From Myxococcota bacterium (GTDB lineage Bacteria; Myxococcota_A; UBA796; GCA-2862545), in assembly GCA_039208735.1 (NCBI GenBank), contig JBCCQY010000117.1, positions 1 through 28,483 of the forward strand: a stretch of 28,483 bases of DNA. Direction: 5' to 3'. The notes beneath the pieces are model-generated. The model saw only the letters and a list, made by a program, of their open reading frames with translations. It was not told the origin of the DNA and made no database searches. A program made the position numbers and the translations under genes. This document shows positions 10,556 through 20,980 of the stretch, one piece after another. How positions within the stretch are numbered: position 1 is the first letter of the stretch; the number at the start of each line of letters is the position of its first letter.

Positions 10556-10686
10556 GTCGTTTGTCCTCGTTCGCTGCTGCACCTGGCGTCCATCCCAGGG
10601 CTCACGCGATGCAAGGGGAACCGTCGCGGGACATCCAGTGGGTGGTCACTGGCAGCGACGGGGTTTTCGGAACAAGCGAGGCGGGA

Positions 10687-11076
10687 TCAGACCCGACGAC
10701 GCTTGGGCGGACGGCATCCATTGTGCGCAATGGGTGTGACGTCCTTGATGTGGGTGATTTTGAGACCGGTGTTGGCGATCGCCCGCAGTGCGGACTCTCG
10801 ACCTGCTCCGGGTCCCTTCACGAACACACCCACTTGCTTCATACCGTGTTCCATCGCCTTGCGAGCGGCGTCCTCGGCGACGAGCTGTGCGGCGAAAGGC
10901 GTGCTTTTACGCGAGCCCTTGAACCGCATCACACCCGCCGAACTCCAAGACACGGCGTTACCCGCGAGATCGGTGATGGTCACGATGGTGTTGTTGAAGG
11001 TCGCCTGGATGTGGACCACCCCGGCGGGAATATTCTTCTTGACCTTGCGCTTCTGCTGGCGCCGAGAGGCAGGCAT
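10687..11076 (-). CDS. rpsK: 30S ribosomal protein S11
   Basis: [42 protein letters not shown]. Confidence 0.98.
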   Translation of the reverse strand: MPASRRQQKRKVKKNIPAGVVHIQATFNNTIVTITDLAGNAVSWSSAGVMRFKGSRKSTPFAAQLVAEDAARKAMEHGMKQVGVFVKGPGAGRESALRAIANTGLKITHIKDVTPIAHNGCRPPKRRRV

Positions 11077-11087
11077 CGAGTCCTTCC

Positions 11088-11453
11088 TTACTTACGCTTG
11101 GCCGCGATGCGACGCGGGCCCTTGCGGGTACGAGCGTTGGTGTGGGTCCGCTGTCCCCGCACCGGCAGGTTGCGCCGGTGACGAATGCCGCGGTACGTCC
11201 GCAGGTCGACCAGACGCTTGATGTTCATGTCGATCTCCTTCCGGAGCTCGCCTTCGACCTGATATTCTTTCTGGATGATCTCGCGGATCCGCGCCGTCTC
11301 GTGGTCGGACAACTCGAAGACTCGGGTCATCGGATTGACGTCGGCCTTCTCCATGATCTGCTGCGCGGAATGGCGACCGATGCCAAAGATGTAGGTCAGC
11401 GCAATCCAGATGGGCTTGTTGCGGGGAAGGTCGACCCCTTCGATGCGTGCCAC
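11088..11453 (-). CDS. rpsM: 30S ribosomal protein S13
   Basis: [39 protein letters not shown] start. Confidence 0.98.
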   Translation of the reverse strand: MARIEGVDLPRNKPIWIALTYIFGIGRHSAQQIMEKADVNPMTRVFELSDHETARIREIIQKEYQVEGELRKEIDMNIKRLVDLRTYRGIRHRRNLPVRGQRTHTNARTRKGPRRIAAKRK

Positions 11454-11457
11454 TTGT

Positions 11458-12243
11458 TCATCCTGCCTTGGAAAAAGAAGAATCGAGCGCAGTGAGGATT
11501 TCGGGGCCCCGGTCCGTCACCGCGACGGTGTGCTCGAAGTGGGCCGCGAGGCTGTCGTCGGACGTCACGACCGTCCACCCGTCATCGAGCATCTTCGTTG
11601 CATAACCACCAAGGGTGATCATGGGCTCGATCGCGATGCACAGCCCTTCGCGTAGCAAAGAGCCCTGCCGTGGAATCCCGTAATTGGGGACCGAAGGCGT
11701 TTCGTGGAGAGCTCGCCCAATGCCATGGCCCACATATTCGCGAACGATGCCGTAGCCAATCGGGTCGATGTACGACTGAATGGCATGGCCAATGTCGCCA
11801 ATACGGTTGCCAATCTTGGCCTGGCTGATGCCCTCGTACAGACTTGCCTCGGTCGCTTCAAGCAGCTTCAGAACTTCGGGATCGATGTCTCCCACCGGGG
11901 CCGTGAACGCCGAGTCGGCGTGGTATCCGCAGTAGATGAGGCCCACATCGATGCTGACAATGTCGCCATCTTCGAGGGGGCGTTCATCCGGGAACCCGTG
12001 GACAACCACCGTGTTGGGCGATGCGCAGATCGTGGCGGGAAACGGAATCGTACCACCGGCCTTATAGCCAAGGAACGACGGCTTCGAATCCCGCTTTTCG
12101 ATCTCTTGGGCCGCAAGCGTGTCGAGTGCCTTGGTCGTGACCCCTGGGCGCACGGCTTCACGCAGCAGCGCAACCACCTCGGCGAGGCGGCGGCCACTTT
12201 GTCGCATAAGCGCGAGTTCCCATGGGTCCTTCACCGTCGCCAA
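11458..12243 (-). CDS. map: Methionine aminopeptidase type I
   Basis: Metal ligands in DVG...HADSA, GHGIG, IEPM and HFEHT. Probable TTG start ([14 protein letters not shown]) directly after the secY stop. Confidence 0.95.
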   Translation of the reverse strand: MATVKDPWELALMRQSGRRLAEVVALLREAVRPGVTTKALDTLAAQEIEKRDSKPSFLGYKAGGTIPFPATICASPNTVVVHGFPDERPLEDGDIVSIDVGLIYCGYHADSAFTAPVGDIDPEVLKLLEATEASLYEGISQAKIGNRIGDIGHAIQSYIDPIGYGIVREYVGHGIGRALHETPSVPNYGIPRQGSLLREGLCIAIEPMITLGGYATKMLDDGWTVVTSDDSLAAHFEHTVAVTDRGPEILTALDSSFSKAG

Positions 12244-12244
12244 A

Positions 12245-13585
12245 TTACAACCAAGGCCCCTGGCCACCGAGCTGCTGGCGTCGGCCCTTGATCCGACCGC
12301 CCTTGGTCGCAATGTCGCCATCGTAATGACGGGTTGCAAGCTGGGCTTCGATCTGGGCGACGGTGTCGAGGGACACACCGACGATGATCAGCAGCCCCGT
12401 TCCCCCGAAGGCGAACGGAACGTTGAAGTTGGTGATGAGAATGGTCGGGAGAACACAGATCGCCGCGAGGTAGACGGCACCGCCCGAGGTGAGTCGGGTG
12501 AGCAACCAGTCGAGGTACGCGGCGGTCTCCTTGCCGGGACGTACACGGGGGACATAGCCACCCTGCTTCTTCAGGTTCTCGGCCACATCCTCGGGGTTGA
12601 AGGTGATGGCGGTGTAGAAGAACGCAAAGAAGATGATGAGGATGGTGTAGACGACGTTGTAAAGCCAGGATCCGGGCGCGAAGGCTCCTGCAAGCTGCTG
12701 CAACACCGAGTTGTTCTGATAGAACTGGCCGATGGTGTTGGGGAACATGAGGAGCGACGAAGCGAAGATCGGCGGAATAACGCCTGCGATGTTCACCTTG
12801 AGGGGCAGGTAGGTCGTCTGCCCCTCGTAGACTTTTCGCCCGAGGACCCGTTTGGCGTACTGCAGCGGGATTCTTCGTTGGCCGCGTTCGATAAACACGA
12901 TCGCGTAGACCACGAGGAACATGAACGCGAGGAGCAAGGCCGCGCCGAGGAGATTGATCTCCCCTTCCTGCATCAACGACCAAAGTCGCATTGCCCCCGA
13001 CGGGACGGCCGAGATGATACCGCATGTGATGATGATCGAGGCGCCATTACCGATGCCACGTTCCGTCATCTGATCGCCGAGCCACATGACAAAGCACGCC
13101 CCACCCGTCATCGTGAGCATAGTCAGCAGCTCGAAGCCGAGCCCTGGCTCAAGGACGACGTTGTTGGTGCCGACCTTCATCGTCTCCATGCCCTTCGCAA
13201 TGCCGAAGGACTGAAGCAGCGCGATGCCGATCGTCATGTACCGGGTGTACTGCGTGATGCGGTTGCGGCCCGATTGGCCTTCATCCTTGATCCGCTTGAG
13301 CGTCGGCACCATCTCGGCCATCAACTGCATGATGATCGAGGCCGTGATGTACGGCATGATGCCCAGGACGAAGACGCTGAACTGCTCCAGCGCGCCACCC
13401 GAGAACATGTTGTAGAGCTGGAACATGCTGCCCTGCATCTGTTCGAACCAGAGGCCGAGCTGCGTGCGGTCGATGCCGGGCGACGGAATGAAGATGCCCA
13501 GCCGATAGATGGCGAGCATCCCCAACGTGAACAGGACCCGCTTCCGCAGGTCCTCCATCTCCCAGATTTCCCGAATGATGTTCAT
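12245..13585 (-). CDS. secY: Preprotein translocase subunit SecY
   Basis: LGIMPYITASIIMQL, GIGNGASIII, AGVIPPIFASS, VRPGKET, FGGTGLLIIVGV. Confidence 0.98.
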   Translation of the reverse strand: MNIIREIWEMEDLRKRVLFTLGMLAIYRLGIFIPSPGIDRTQLGLWFEQMQGSMFQLYNMFSGGALEQFSVFVLGIMPYITASIIMQLMAEMVPTLKRIKDEGQSGRNRITQYTRYMTIGIALLQSFGIAKGMETMKVGTNNVVLEPGLGFELLTMLTMTGGACFVMWLGDQMTERGIGNGASIIITCGIISAVPSGAMRLWSLMQEGEINLLGAALLLAFMFLVVYAIVFIERGQRRIPLQYAKRVLGRKVYEGQTTYLPLKVNIAGVIPPIFASSLLMFPNTIGQFYQNNSVLQQLAGAFAPGSWLYNVVYTILIIFFAFFYTAITFNPEDVAENLKKQGGYVPRVRPGKETAAYLDWLLTRLTSGGAVYLAAICVLPTILITNFNVPFAFGGTGLLIIVGVSLDTVAQIEAQLATRHYDGDIATKGGRIKGRRQQLGGQGPWL

Positions 13586-13615
13586 GACGTTCCTGGAGTG
13601 ACGAGAGAACGCGGA

Positions 13616-14077
13616 TCAGGCGCCGGGCGCATCCCCTTCAATGGTGCCACCCGCTGCGACGATCTTCTCAGCGGCGGACCGCGTCATCTTGGCCACTCTC
13701 ACATGGAGGGCAACCCCTAGGTCGCCACGACCAAGAATTTTGACGCCATGCTTCCCGATGCGGCTGATGATGCCTTGCTCCTTCAGGAGCTCCGCGGTGA
13801 CAACCGTGCCAGCCGGTAGCTTTGCGAGCTGCTCGATGTTTACCGTCTGGTATTCCTTCGCGAACAGGTTCTTGAACCCGAACTTTGGAAGGCGACGGTG
13901 CAGCGGCATCTGGCCGCCTTCAAACCCGGGACGCGACGAGTAGCCGGACCGGGATTGCGCACCCTTGGTGCCGCGACCCGCGGTCTTGCCCTTGCCGGAC
14001 CCTTCACCGCGACCCACACGCATCTTCGAGTGGCGCTCGCCTTCCTTCGGCTTGAGATTGGAAAGCTCGTTGGCCAT
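13616..14077 (-). CDS. rplO: 50S ribosomal protein L15
   Basis: RVGRGEGSGKGKTAGRG, GFEGGQMPLHRRLPKFGF. Confidence 0.98.
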   Translation of the reverse strand: MANELSNLKPKEGERHSKMRVGRGEGSGKGKTAGRGTKGAQSRSGYSSRPGFEGGQMPLHRRLPKFGFKNLFAKEYQTVNIEQLAKLPAGTVVTAELLKEQGIISRIGKHGVKILGRGDLGVALHVRVAKMTRSAAEKIVAAGGTIEGDAPGA

Positions 14078-14080
14078 TGC

Positions 14081-14281
14081 TCACTCCGCGCTGGACGGGG
14101 CGTCGATTTCTTCGACGTCCACGAGGTGGATCACCTTCTTCACCATGCCCCGGACCGCCGGGGTGTTCTCGAGCACCCGGGAGTGCCCGACGCGCCGCAG
14201 ACCCAGTCCCATCAGATTGGCGCGCTGCCGTTCGGAAGCGCCGATGGACGAATTGCGGAGGGTCACCTTGAGATGCGTCAT
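14081..14281 (-). CDS. rpmD: 50S ribosomal protein L30
   Basis: [27 protein letters not shown]; lies between rpsE and rplO. Confidence 0.95.
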   Translation of the reverse strand: MTHLKVTLRNSSIGASERQRANLMGLGLRRVGHSRVLENTPAVRGMVKKVIHLVDVEEIDAPSSAE

Positions 14282-14291
14282 CGTCTACCCC

Positions 14292-14843
14292 TCAAGCCTG
14301 ACCGCCGACTTCGGCCATCGGACGGACGGTGTAGTTCCGATACACAGCATCGAGATCTTGGCCCGTACGCGTGGCGTACTGCTCGGCGCTCTCGAGATTG
14401 TGCAGGGCATCCATGACCGCCCGGACCACGTTGTGCGGGTTCGAGCTGCCAAGCGATTTCGTGAGCACATTGGCCACACCCAGGCATTCCATGATCGCAC
14501 GGACTGTAGGACCGGCGATAACGCCCGTACCTGCTGCAGCGGGACGGAGCAGCACGTGGCCGGCGCCGAAGCGACCATGGATCTGGTGCGGGATCGTGCC
14601 TGTGACGAGCGGGATGGCGCGCATGGTGCGACGGGCCTTTTCAGTGCCCTTGCGAATGGCCTCCGGCACCTCGTTCGCCTTACCAAACCCCACGCCGACC
14701 TGACCCTCACCGTCGCCCACGACCACGATGGCCGAGAAGCTGAACCGTCGACCGCCCTTCACGACTTTCGCGACGCGGTTGATGTAGATCACCTTCTCGA
14801 TGAAGTTGCTGTCTTCTTCTTCGCGACGACCGCGGCGGGCCAT
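14292..14843 (-). CDS. rpsE: 30S ribosomal protein S5
   Basis: [35 protein letters not shown]. Confidence 0.98.
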   Translation of the reverse strand: MARRGRREEEDSNFIEKVIYINRVAKVVKGGRRFSFSAIVVVGDGEGQVGVGFGKANEVPEAIRKGTEKARRTMRAIPLVTGTIPHQIHGRFGAGHVLLRPAAAGTGVIAGPTVRAIMECLGVANVLTKSLGSSNPHNVVRAVMDALHNLESAEQYATRTGQDLDAVYRNYTVRPMAEVGGQA

Positions 14844-14855
14844 GGCGACCTCCCT

Positions 14856-15221
14856 TTAGAACTTGAGTCCGGCCTCACGGGCGGCATCGGCCAGGGCGGC
14901 CACCCTTCCGTGGTACAGGTAGCCGTTGCGGTCGAACACCACGGCCTCGATGTTGTGAGTGCGTGCAGCTTCGGCGACGGCCTTGCCCACCGCGGATGCA
15001 CCCTCGCGGTTGCCCCCGTTGGCGCCTTCGCCGAGCGGAACCTTGAGGCTGCTCGCCGATGCGATGGTGCGGCCCGACTCGTCGTCGATGACCTGCGCGT
15101 AGATGTGCTTGGCCGAACGGAACACGGTCAAGCGCGGACGCTCGGCGTTGCCCCGGACGGTCTTGCGAATGTGCTTCTTGCGGCGGAGCCGCGAAAGCCG
15201 CTTCGAGTTGGTCTTGGCCAT
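14856..15221 (-). CDS. rplR: 50S ribosomal protein L18
   Basis: [48 protein letters not shown]. Confidence 0.98.
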   Translation of the reverse strand: MAKTNSKRLSRLRRKKHIRKTVRGNAERPRLTVFRSAKHIYAQVIDDESGRTIASASSLKVPLGEGANGGNREGASAVGKAVAEAARTHNIEAVVFDRNGYLYHGRVAALADAAREAGLKF

Positions 15222-15233
15222 GATGGACTCCGA

Positions 15234-15770
15234 CTACTTCGCGCTCTTGCCGGCCTTGAGCGAGACATGCTCACCCTTGTACCGAACGCCCTTGCCCTTG
15301 TAGGAGTCGGGCTTACGCCAGGCGCGGATTTCCGCCGCGACCTGCCCGACCTGCTGCTTGTCGATGCCTTCGACGCTGATGATCCCCTGCTTATCGACTT
15401 CGATCTTGATTCCGTCGGGAATCGCGAAGTTGACGGGGTGGGAGTAGCCGAGGTTCATCTCGAGCGTCTTGCCCTTCACCGCAGCACGGTACCCAACGCC
15501 GATGACCTCAAGTTCGCGCTTGAACCCTTGGCTGACGCCCGTAACCATGTTGTTCAGCAGCGAGCGCATGAGGCCGTGATTGGCCCGGCTCTGGCGCTGA
15601 TCGTCCGTGCGGTGCACGAGGAGCTGATTGCCCTCCACGGCGACCGACACACTATTGACGAGCGACTGGGTCAACGAGCCCTTGGGACCCTTGACTTCGA
15701 CTTCGCTGTCCTTGACGTCGACGGTGACGCCACTCGGCAGCGCAATCGGCAGCTTACCAATCCGGGACAT
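15234..15770 (-). CDS. rplF: 50S ribosomal protein L6
   Basis: MSRIGKLPI, VKGPKG, GVGYRA, PDSYKGKGVRY. Confidence 0.98.
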   Translation of the reverse strand: MSRIGKLPIALPSGVTVDVKDSEVEVKGPKGSLTQSLVNSVSVAVEGNQLLVHRTDDQRQSRANHGLMRSLLNNMVTGVSQGFKRELEVIGVGYRAAVKGKTLEMNLGYSHPVNFAIPDGIKIEVDKQGIISVEGIDKQQVGQVAAEIRAWRKPDSYKGKGVRYKGEHVSLKAGKSAK

Positions 15771-15778
15771 GTCAGCTC

Positions 15779-16177
15779 CTACCAGACGTGGCAGATGACT
15801 TCGCCGCCCACGCCCGCTTGCCGGGCCTGAGCGTCGGTGAGGACGCCCCGAGGCGTCGTGAGGATAGCGACCCCAAGTCCGTTACGGACCCGTGGAATCT
15901 CGTTCTTGCCGACGTAGACCCGACGACTGGGCTTGCTCACGCGGTGCAATCCACGGATGGTGCCCTGACGGTCGTTGCCGTACTTCAGGAAGACCTTGAG
16001 CGCGCCCTGCGGTCCACGCTCATCCTCAACGAAGCCTTCAACGAAGCCTTCGGTGCTGAGGATCTTGGCGATCGCGACCTTGATCTTGGAGCGCGGCATG
16101 GTCAGCGAGGCGTGACCCGCGAGCTGCGCATTGCGGATGCGTGCGAGCATGTCCGCGATGGGGTCGGTCATCGACAT
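15779..16177 (-). CDS. rpsH: 30S ribosomal protein S8
   Basis: MTDPIADMLARIRNA, SKPSRRVY, GLGVAILTT, GGEVICHVW. Confidence 0.98.
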   Translation of the reverse strand: MSMTDPIADMLARIRNAQLAGHASLTMPRSKIKVAIAKILSTEGFVEGFVEDERGPQGALKVFLKYGNDRQGTIRGLHRVSKPSRRVYVGKNEIPRVRNGLGVAILTTPRGVLTDAQARQAGVGGEVICHVW

Positions 16178-16231
16178 GGATGGAACTCCACGGAGGGATC
16201 GAGCAGGCGAAAACCAGCGCCAGCGCGAGTC

Positions 16232-16783
16232 TTAGTTGGCAAAGGGCATTCCGAGATAGCGAAGCAGGGAGCGGCCCTCTTCGTCGGTCTCGGCCGTGGT
16301 CTGAAAGGCAATATTGAGGCCCGTGATGCGGTTGACCTTGTCGTACTCGATCTCGGGGAAGATGATTTGCTCGGTGATGCCGAGCGAATAGTTCCCGCGA
16401 CCGTCGAAGGCCTTTGGATTCACACCACGGAAGTCCCGAATTCGGGGAATCGCGACCGAGATGAGTCGGTCGAGGAACTCCCACATGCGGGTTCCGCGCA
16501 GGGTGACCCGCGCACCAATGGGCATGCCCTCGCGAAGCTTAAAGTTCGCGATTGACCGGCGAGCGCGCGTGATGACTGCTTTCTGGCCGGCAATGAGCGT
16601 AAGCTCTTCGGCGGCCGTTTCGAGCAGCTTCACGTTCTGGATGGCGTCCTTCATCGAGAGATTCAGGACGACCTTCTTGAGCCGCGGCACCATCATGACG
16701 TTCGGGTATTGGAACTCCTCGCGGAGTTTGGCCACGACCTCGCCGTCGTACTTGGTGCGCATCCGGGGCTGGTAGCTTTCCAT
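16232..16783 (-). CDS. rplE: 50S ribosomal protein L5
   Basis: [49 protein letters not shown]. Confidence 0.98.
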   Translation of the reverse strand: MESYQPRMRTKYDGEVVAKLREEFQYPNVMMVPRLKKVVLNLSMKDAIQNVKLLETAAEELTLIAGQKAVITRARRSIANFKLREGMPIGARVTLRGTRMWEFLDRLISVAIPRIRDFRGVNPKAFDGRGNYSLGITEQIIFPEIEYDKVNRITGLNIAFQTTAETDEEGRSLLRYLGMPFAN

Positions 16784-16791
16784 CACGGACC

Positions 16792-17136
16792 TCAGTCGTT
16801 GTCCAGGACCGCGCCAGTGCGGCGGTCGATGCGGACTTTCTTCCGATCGTCGCCTTCGCCGACAAAGGTGTAGCCAACGCGAACGCGCCGCTTCTCTTCG
16901 TCATTCCAAAGCGCGACATTGGAGATGTCGATCGGCATCTCCTTTTCGACGATGCCACCCGGCATCCCGCCCACGGGACGGCGATGACGGCGCACCACAC
17001 GGACGCCCTCGACCACGACCTGACGCGTCGCCGGGAGAACCCGCACGACCCGGCCGACCTGGCCCTTCTCTTTTCCCGCAACCACGACGACCTGGTCGTC
17101 CTTGCGGATACGGCACTTGTTATTTGTTGCAGCCAC
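16792..17136 (-). CDS. rplX: 50S ribosomal protein L24
   Basis: KOW motif [31 protein letters not shown]. Confidence 0.96.
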   Translation of the reverse strand: MAATNNKCRIRKDDQVVVVAGKEKGQVGRVVRVLPATRQVVVEGVRVVRRHRRPVGGMPGGIVEKEMPIDISNVALWNDEEKRRVRVGYTFVGEGDDRKKVRIDRRTGAVLDND

Positions 17137-17153
17137 CGGTGACTCCGTTGCCG

Positions 17154-17522
17154 TCAGAGGACTTCGGGCGCGAGGACGACGATACGCATGAACTTACGCG
17201 CGCGGAGTTCACGAGCGATCGGCCCGAAAATACGGGTTCCGATGGGCTCGTTCTCCTTGTTGATGAGCACCGCACTGTTGTTGTCGAAGCGGATGTAGCT
17301 GCCATCCCCCCGACGCACTTCCTTGCGGGTGCGCACGACCACTGCCCGAGCGATCTGGCCCTTCTTGACCTTGCCGTTCGGTGCCGCATCCTTGATGGAC
17401 ACGACGATGACATCACCGACGCTCGCGTACTTTCGCTTCGAGCCACCGACGACCTTGATGCACTTGACCCGCTTGGCGCCGCTATTATCGGCCACGTCGA
17501 GAACGCTTTCCATCTGGATCAT
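17154..17522 (-). CDS. rplN: 50S ribosomal protein L14
   Basis: [36 protein letters not shown]. Confidence 0.98.
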   Translation of the reverse strand: MIQMESVLDVADNSGAKRVKCIKVVGGSKRKYASVGDVIVVSIKDAAPNGKVKKGQIARAVVVRTRKEVRRGDGSYIRFDNNSAVLINKENEPIGTRIFGPIARELRARKFMRIVVLAPEVL

Positions 17523-17561
17523 GAGAAACTCCAATGGCCGCGAAGGCCGATTCGACCTGCC

Positions 17562-17822
17562 TTAGCGACGTTCGATGACCACAAAGCGTTTATGGCGCGA
17601 CATGGGTCGGCTTTCGCGAATCACGACGGTGTCGCCAACGCCACACTCGTTGTTCTCGTCATGCGCCTTGTACTTCTTCCGACGCGTCACGAACTTGTGG
17701 TACCGGGGGTGCTTGACGGTACGTGTCACCTCGACGGTGACGGTCTTGTCCATCTTGTCGGACACGACGCGACCAATCAGAATCCGGCGGCGACCTTCGC
17801 CCGTCCCACTCTCGGTGCTCAT
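17562..17822 (-). CDS. rpsQ: 30S ribosomal protein S17
   Basis: [40 protein letters not shown]. Confidence 0.97.
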   Translation of the reverse strand: MSTESGTGEGRRRILIGRVVSDKMDKTVTVEVTRTVKHPRYHKFVTRRKKYKAHDENNECGVGDTVVIRESRPMSRHKRFVVIERR

Positions 17823-18024
17823 CGAAACCTCTGTGACGCCCATGCAGTACCTGCGGGCGGGTCCGCTGCGGTCGGAGAACGCGAACGTTCTCCTTGATTC
17901 GAAAAGTTCAAACCGGATGGGGTCTCCCGCAACGCGGGACGCTCACCCGATGGCTCATGCCAGCACCGACTTCGCTTACCGAACGCCGGTGCCCAGTGAC
18001 GACACAGCCGTGTCGCCTGGTGGT
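17823..18024 (-). other. Structured rpmC-rpsQ intergenic region (tandem hairpins); candidate cis-regulatory RNA
   Basis: About six consecutive stem-loops, including the perfect GGAGAACG-TTCG-CGTTCTCC (17874-17893). Confidence 0.45.
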
Positions 18025-18348
18025 CTAGTCTTGAGTCGTGAGCCTGTCAACGATGCCGGAAAGAAAACCACCCTTCTCGCCCGCCGCTTCACCCGAAGGC
18101 GCTGCTTCGGCGCCGCCAAAACTCGCAGCGTGCAACGACAGTAGCTGATTCTTCGGCAGGCCCTGATCCTTCTCGCGACGGCGCGCTTCGGTCTGGAGCC
18201 GCGCGATCTCGCGCCGCATCACCCGAAGGGTCGCCGTGTTTTCGAGCTGGTTCATCGAGTGCTTGAACCGTGCAGCGACGAGGTCCCGCTCGGTCTGGAG
18301 CATCTTGTGAACCAGTTGCTCATCATTGAGCTCTTGATTCTCGCCCAT
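18025..18348 (-). CDS. rpmC: 50S ribosomal protein L29 with ~47-aa C-terminal extension
   Basis: RFKHSMNQLENTATLRVMRREIARLQT; canonical position after rplP (TGATG overlap). Confidence 0.93.
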   Translation of the reverse strand: MGENQELNDEQLVHKMLQTERDLVAARFKHSMNQLENTATLRVMRREIARLQTEARRREKDQGLPKNQLLSLHAASFGGAEAAPSGEAAGEKGGFLSGIVDRLTTQD

Positions 18349-18767
18349 CAGAGCACCTCTTCATCGCGCTTCACGAAGCGAGTGCCCACGGCCAGCTTGT
18401 GGCCGGCAAGCCGGAAGGCTTCTCGGGCAATTTCCTCGTCGACGCCATCGAGTTCGTACATGATGCGACCGGGCTTTACCACCGCGACCCAACGGTCCGG
18501 TGCGCCCTTACCCTTACCCATACGAGTTTCGAGCGGCTTCTTCGACAAGGGCTTGTCGGGGAAGATTCGAATCCAGACCTTCCCACCACGCTTAATGTGG
18601 CGAGTCATGGCGATACGAGCCGCCTCGATCTGGCGCGCGGTGATGAAGCCGCGGGTGGTCGCCTGCAGTCCGAAGTCCCCGAAGGAGACCTCGGAACCAC
18701 GGTAGGCGAACCCCCTCATCTTGCCTTTTTGAACACGGCGGTGCCGCACACGCTTGGGTGCCAGCAT
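18348..18767 (-). CDS. rplP: 50S ribosomal protein L16
   Basis: [33 protein letters not shown]. Confidence 0.98.
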   Translation of the reverse strand: MLAPKRVRHRRVQKGKMRGFAYRGSEVSFGDFGLQATTRGFITARQIEAARIAMTRHIKRGGKVWIRIFPDKPLSKKPLETRMGKGKGAPDRWVAVVKPGRIMYELDGVDEEIAREAFRLAGHKLAVGTRFVKRDEEVL

Positions 18768-18780
18768 GGCTCACTCCACG

Positions 18781-19500
18781 TTAGTTTCGGCGGTCGCGGT
18801 CACGGCCTCGGTCGCCACGACCCCGATCGTCGCCGGATCCCCGGCTCGGCTGGTTCTGTTCGGCAGGCTCTTCACCAGGGACTTTCAGGCCTTTGAAGAC
18901 CCAAACCTTGACCCCAATGATGCCGTACGACGTCTTCGCTTCGGCAAGGCCATAATCGAGGTCGGCACGCAGGGTATGAAGCGGAACCTGTCCGTCCATG
19001 TAGCGTTCCGTCCGCGACATTTCGGCGCCACCGAGGCGGCCCGAACACATGACCTTGATGCCCTTCGCCCCGGCGCGACGCGCCTGGGTCAGGGCCTTCT
19101 TCATCGCCCGACGGAAACTGACCCGCTTCACGAGCTGCGCGGCGATGTTTTCGGCCACGAGCACCGCGTCGGTTTCGACCTTGCGGACTTCCATGATGTG
19201 GACGTAAACATCCGTGCTCGTCAGACGCTGCAGCTCATTGCGGAGCGCATCGAGACCCGTCGCACGCTTGCCGAGGATGATGCCCGGCTTCGCGGCATGG
19301 ATGAACACCTTGGCCTTGTTGGCCGCGCGCTCGATCACGACCTTGCTGATGCCGGCCGAGTTCAGCTTGCGCTTGACGTGCTCACGGACGCGGAGGTCTT
19401 CCTCGACGTACCGGCCGTAGTCCTTGTCTGCGAACCACTGCGAATCCCAGCCGCGGCTAATGCCGACCCGGAACCCGATGGGATGTACCTTCTGACCCAC
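18781..19500 (-). CDS. rpsC: 30S ribosomal protein S3
   Basis: MGQKVHPIGFR, SGRLGGAEMSR, VPLHTLRADLDY. Confidence 0.98.
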   Translation of the reverse strand: MGQKVHPIGFRVGISRGWDSQWFADKDYGRYVEEDLRVREHVKRKLNSAGISKVVIERAANKAKVFIHAAKPGIILGKRATGLDALRNELQRLTSTDVYVHIMEVRKVETDAVLVAENIAAQLVKRVSFRRAMKKALTQARRAGAKGIKVMCSGRLGGAEMSRTERYMDGQVPLHTLRADLDYGLAEAKTSYGIIGVKVWVFKGLKVPGEEPAEQNQPSRGSGDDRGRGDRGRDRDRRN

Positions 19501-19502
19501 GT

Positions 19503-19853
19503 TTACTCCGATGCCCGGGTGGCGAGCCGGACCGTGATGTGGCTCGTCTTCTTGAGAATGCGATTGGCGCGACCCTGGGCCCGCGGCCGAAAACGGCGCA
19601 GCGAAGGACCGGCATCGACGTAAATGGTCTCGACAAAGAGGTCGTCGATATCGATTTCTTCGCTCGACTGTTCGGCATTCGCAACCGCCGACTCGACCAG
19701 CTTCTTGATGATCGGCGCGGACTTCTTGTCGACGAACGACAGGGTCTCAATGGCTTCACTGACGTCGAGCCCGCGGACCAAATCAGCGACCAGACGCGCC
19801 TTTTGGGGCGACACCCGCACGTAGCGAAGCTTGGCGGAACTAGTGTTGCTCAT
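19503..19853 (-). CDS. rplV: 50S ribosomal protein L22
   Basis: [35 protein letters not shown]. Confidence 0.98.
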   Translation of the reverse strand: MSNTSSAKLRYVRVSPQKARLVADLVRGLDVSEAIETLSFVDKKSAPIIKKLVESAVANAEQSSEEIDIDDLFVETIYVDAGPSLRRFRPRAQGRANRILKKTSHITVRLATRASE

Positions 19854-20128
19854 CGGACCTTGCCCTTCCGGTCGGCGGCATGCCCGCGGTAAGTCCGCGT
19901 GAGCGAGAATTCGCCGAGCTTGTGACCGATCATCTGCTCGGTCACGTAGACCGGCACGAACTGCTTGCCGTTGTGGACCGCAAAGGTGAGCCCGATCATC
20001 TCGGGGATCACCGTCGAACGCCGTGACCAGGTCTTGATGACCCGGTTGCTGCCCGAGTCACGCGCCACCCGCACCTTCTTGAGGAGGTGGCCATCGATGA
20101 ACGGGCCTTTCTTGATGGAACGGGCCAT
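19850..20128 (-). CDS. rpsS: 30S ribosomal protein S19
   Basis: [31 protein letters not shown]. Confidence 0.98.
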   Translation of the reverse strand: MARSIKKGPFIDGHLLKKVRVARDSGSNRVIKTWSRRSTVIPEMIGLTFAVHNGKQFVPVYVTEQMIGHKLGEFSLTRTYRGHAADRKGKVR

Positions 20129-20131
20129 GGG

Positions 20132-20959
20132 CTACCTCGAGTTGCGGCGCTTCAGGATGAAGCGGTTGGAAGACTTCTTCGGCTGGCGGGTCCGCGCGCC
20201 CTTGGTGGGCTTGCCCCAAGGAGTCACCGGGTGACGTCCCTTCGCGCGACCCTCACCACCACCGTGGGGGTGGTCGACCGGGTTCATCGCGGTGCCTCGA
20301 ACAGTGGGGCGAACGCCCATCCACCGTTTGCGGCCTGCCTTACCAATCACGATGTTCTCGTGTTCGGGGTTTCCGACCTGACCGACCGTGGCCCGGTTCT
20401 TGCCCCAAACGTTGCGCAGCTCGCCCGATGGCAGACGAAGCAGGACGTAGCCTCCCTCCTTCGCCATCACCTTTGCGAACGTACCCGCGGAACGGCAAAT
20501 CTGGCCCCCCCGCCCCAACGACAACTCGATGTTGTGCACATCGGTGCCGAGCGGAATCGACAGCAGCTCAAGGCAGTTGCCCGGCTTAATGTCGGCATCA
20601 TTCGATGCGACCACTTCGTCCCCTTGGGCAAGTCCAATGGGGTGAAGGATGTAGCGCTTTTCACCATCGACGTAGTGAATCAACGCAATGCGAGCCGATC
20701 GGTTGGGATCGTACTCGATGTGAGCCACTCGGCCCGGCACGCCCCACTTGTCACGGCGAAAGTCAATGATGCGGTACTTGCGCTTGTGACCGCCGCCCCG
20801 ATGCCGGACGGTAATCCGACCACGGTTGTTGCGACCCGACTTCTTAGGAAGCGGGGCAAGCAGCGACTTCTCAGGGGTCGAGCGAGTGATTTCAGCGAAA
20901 TCCGAGCCGGTCATGTCGCGACGGCCAGCGCTCGTGGGCTTGAACTTTTTCACACCCAT
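20132..20959 (-). CDS. rplB: 50S ribosomal protein L2
   Basis: [44 protein letters not shown]. Confidence 0.98.
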   Translation of the reverse strand: MGVKKFKPTSAGRRDMTGSDFAEITRSTPEKSLLAPLPKKSGRNNRGRITVRHRGGGHKRKYRIIDFRRDKWGVPGRVAHIEYDPNRSARIALIHYVDGEKRYILHPIGLAQGDEVVASNDADIKPGNCLELLSIPLGTDVHNIELSLGRGGQICRSAGTFAKVMAKEGGYVLLRLPSGELRNVWGKNRATVGQVGNPEHENIVIGKAGRKRWMGVRPTVRGTAMNPVDHPHGGGEGRAKGRHPVTPWGKPTKGARTRQPKKSSNRFILKRRNSR

Positions 20960-20980
20960 GGGGAAACTCCCTTGTCCGGC

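Noticed and set aside
11458..12378. N-terminal extensions of Map, EF-Tu, L4, S12, Fur and SecG in the ORF track
   Set aside because: These are artefacts of taking the first start codon; downstream starts fit RBSs and homolog lengths.
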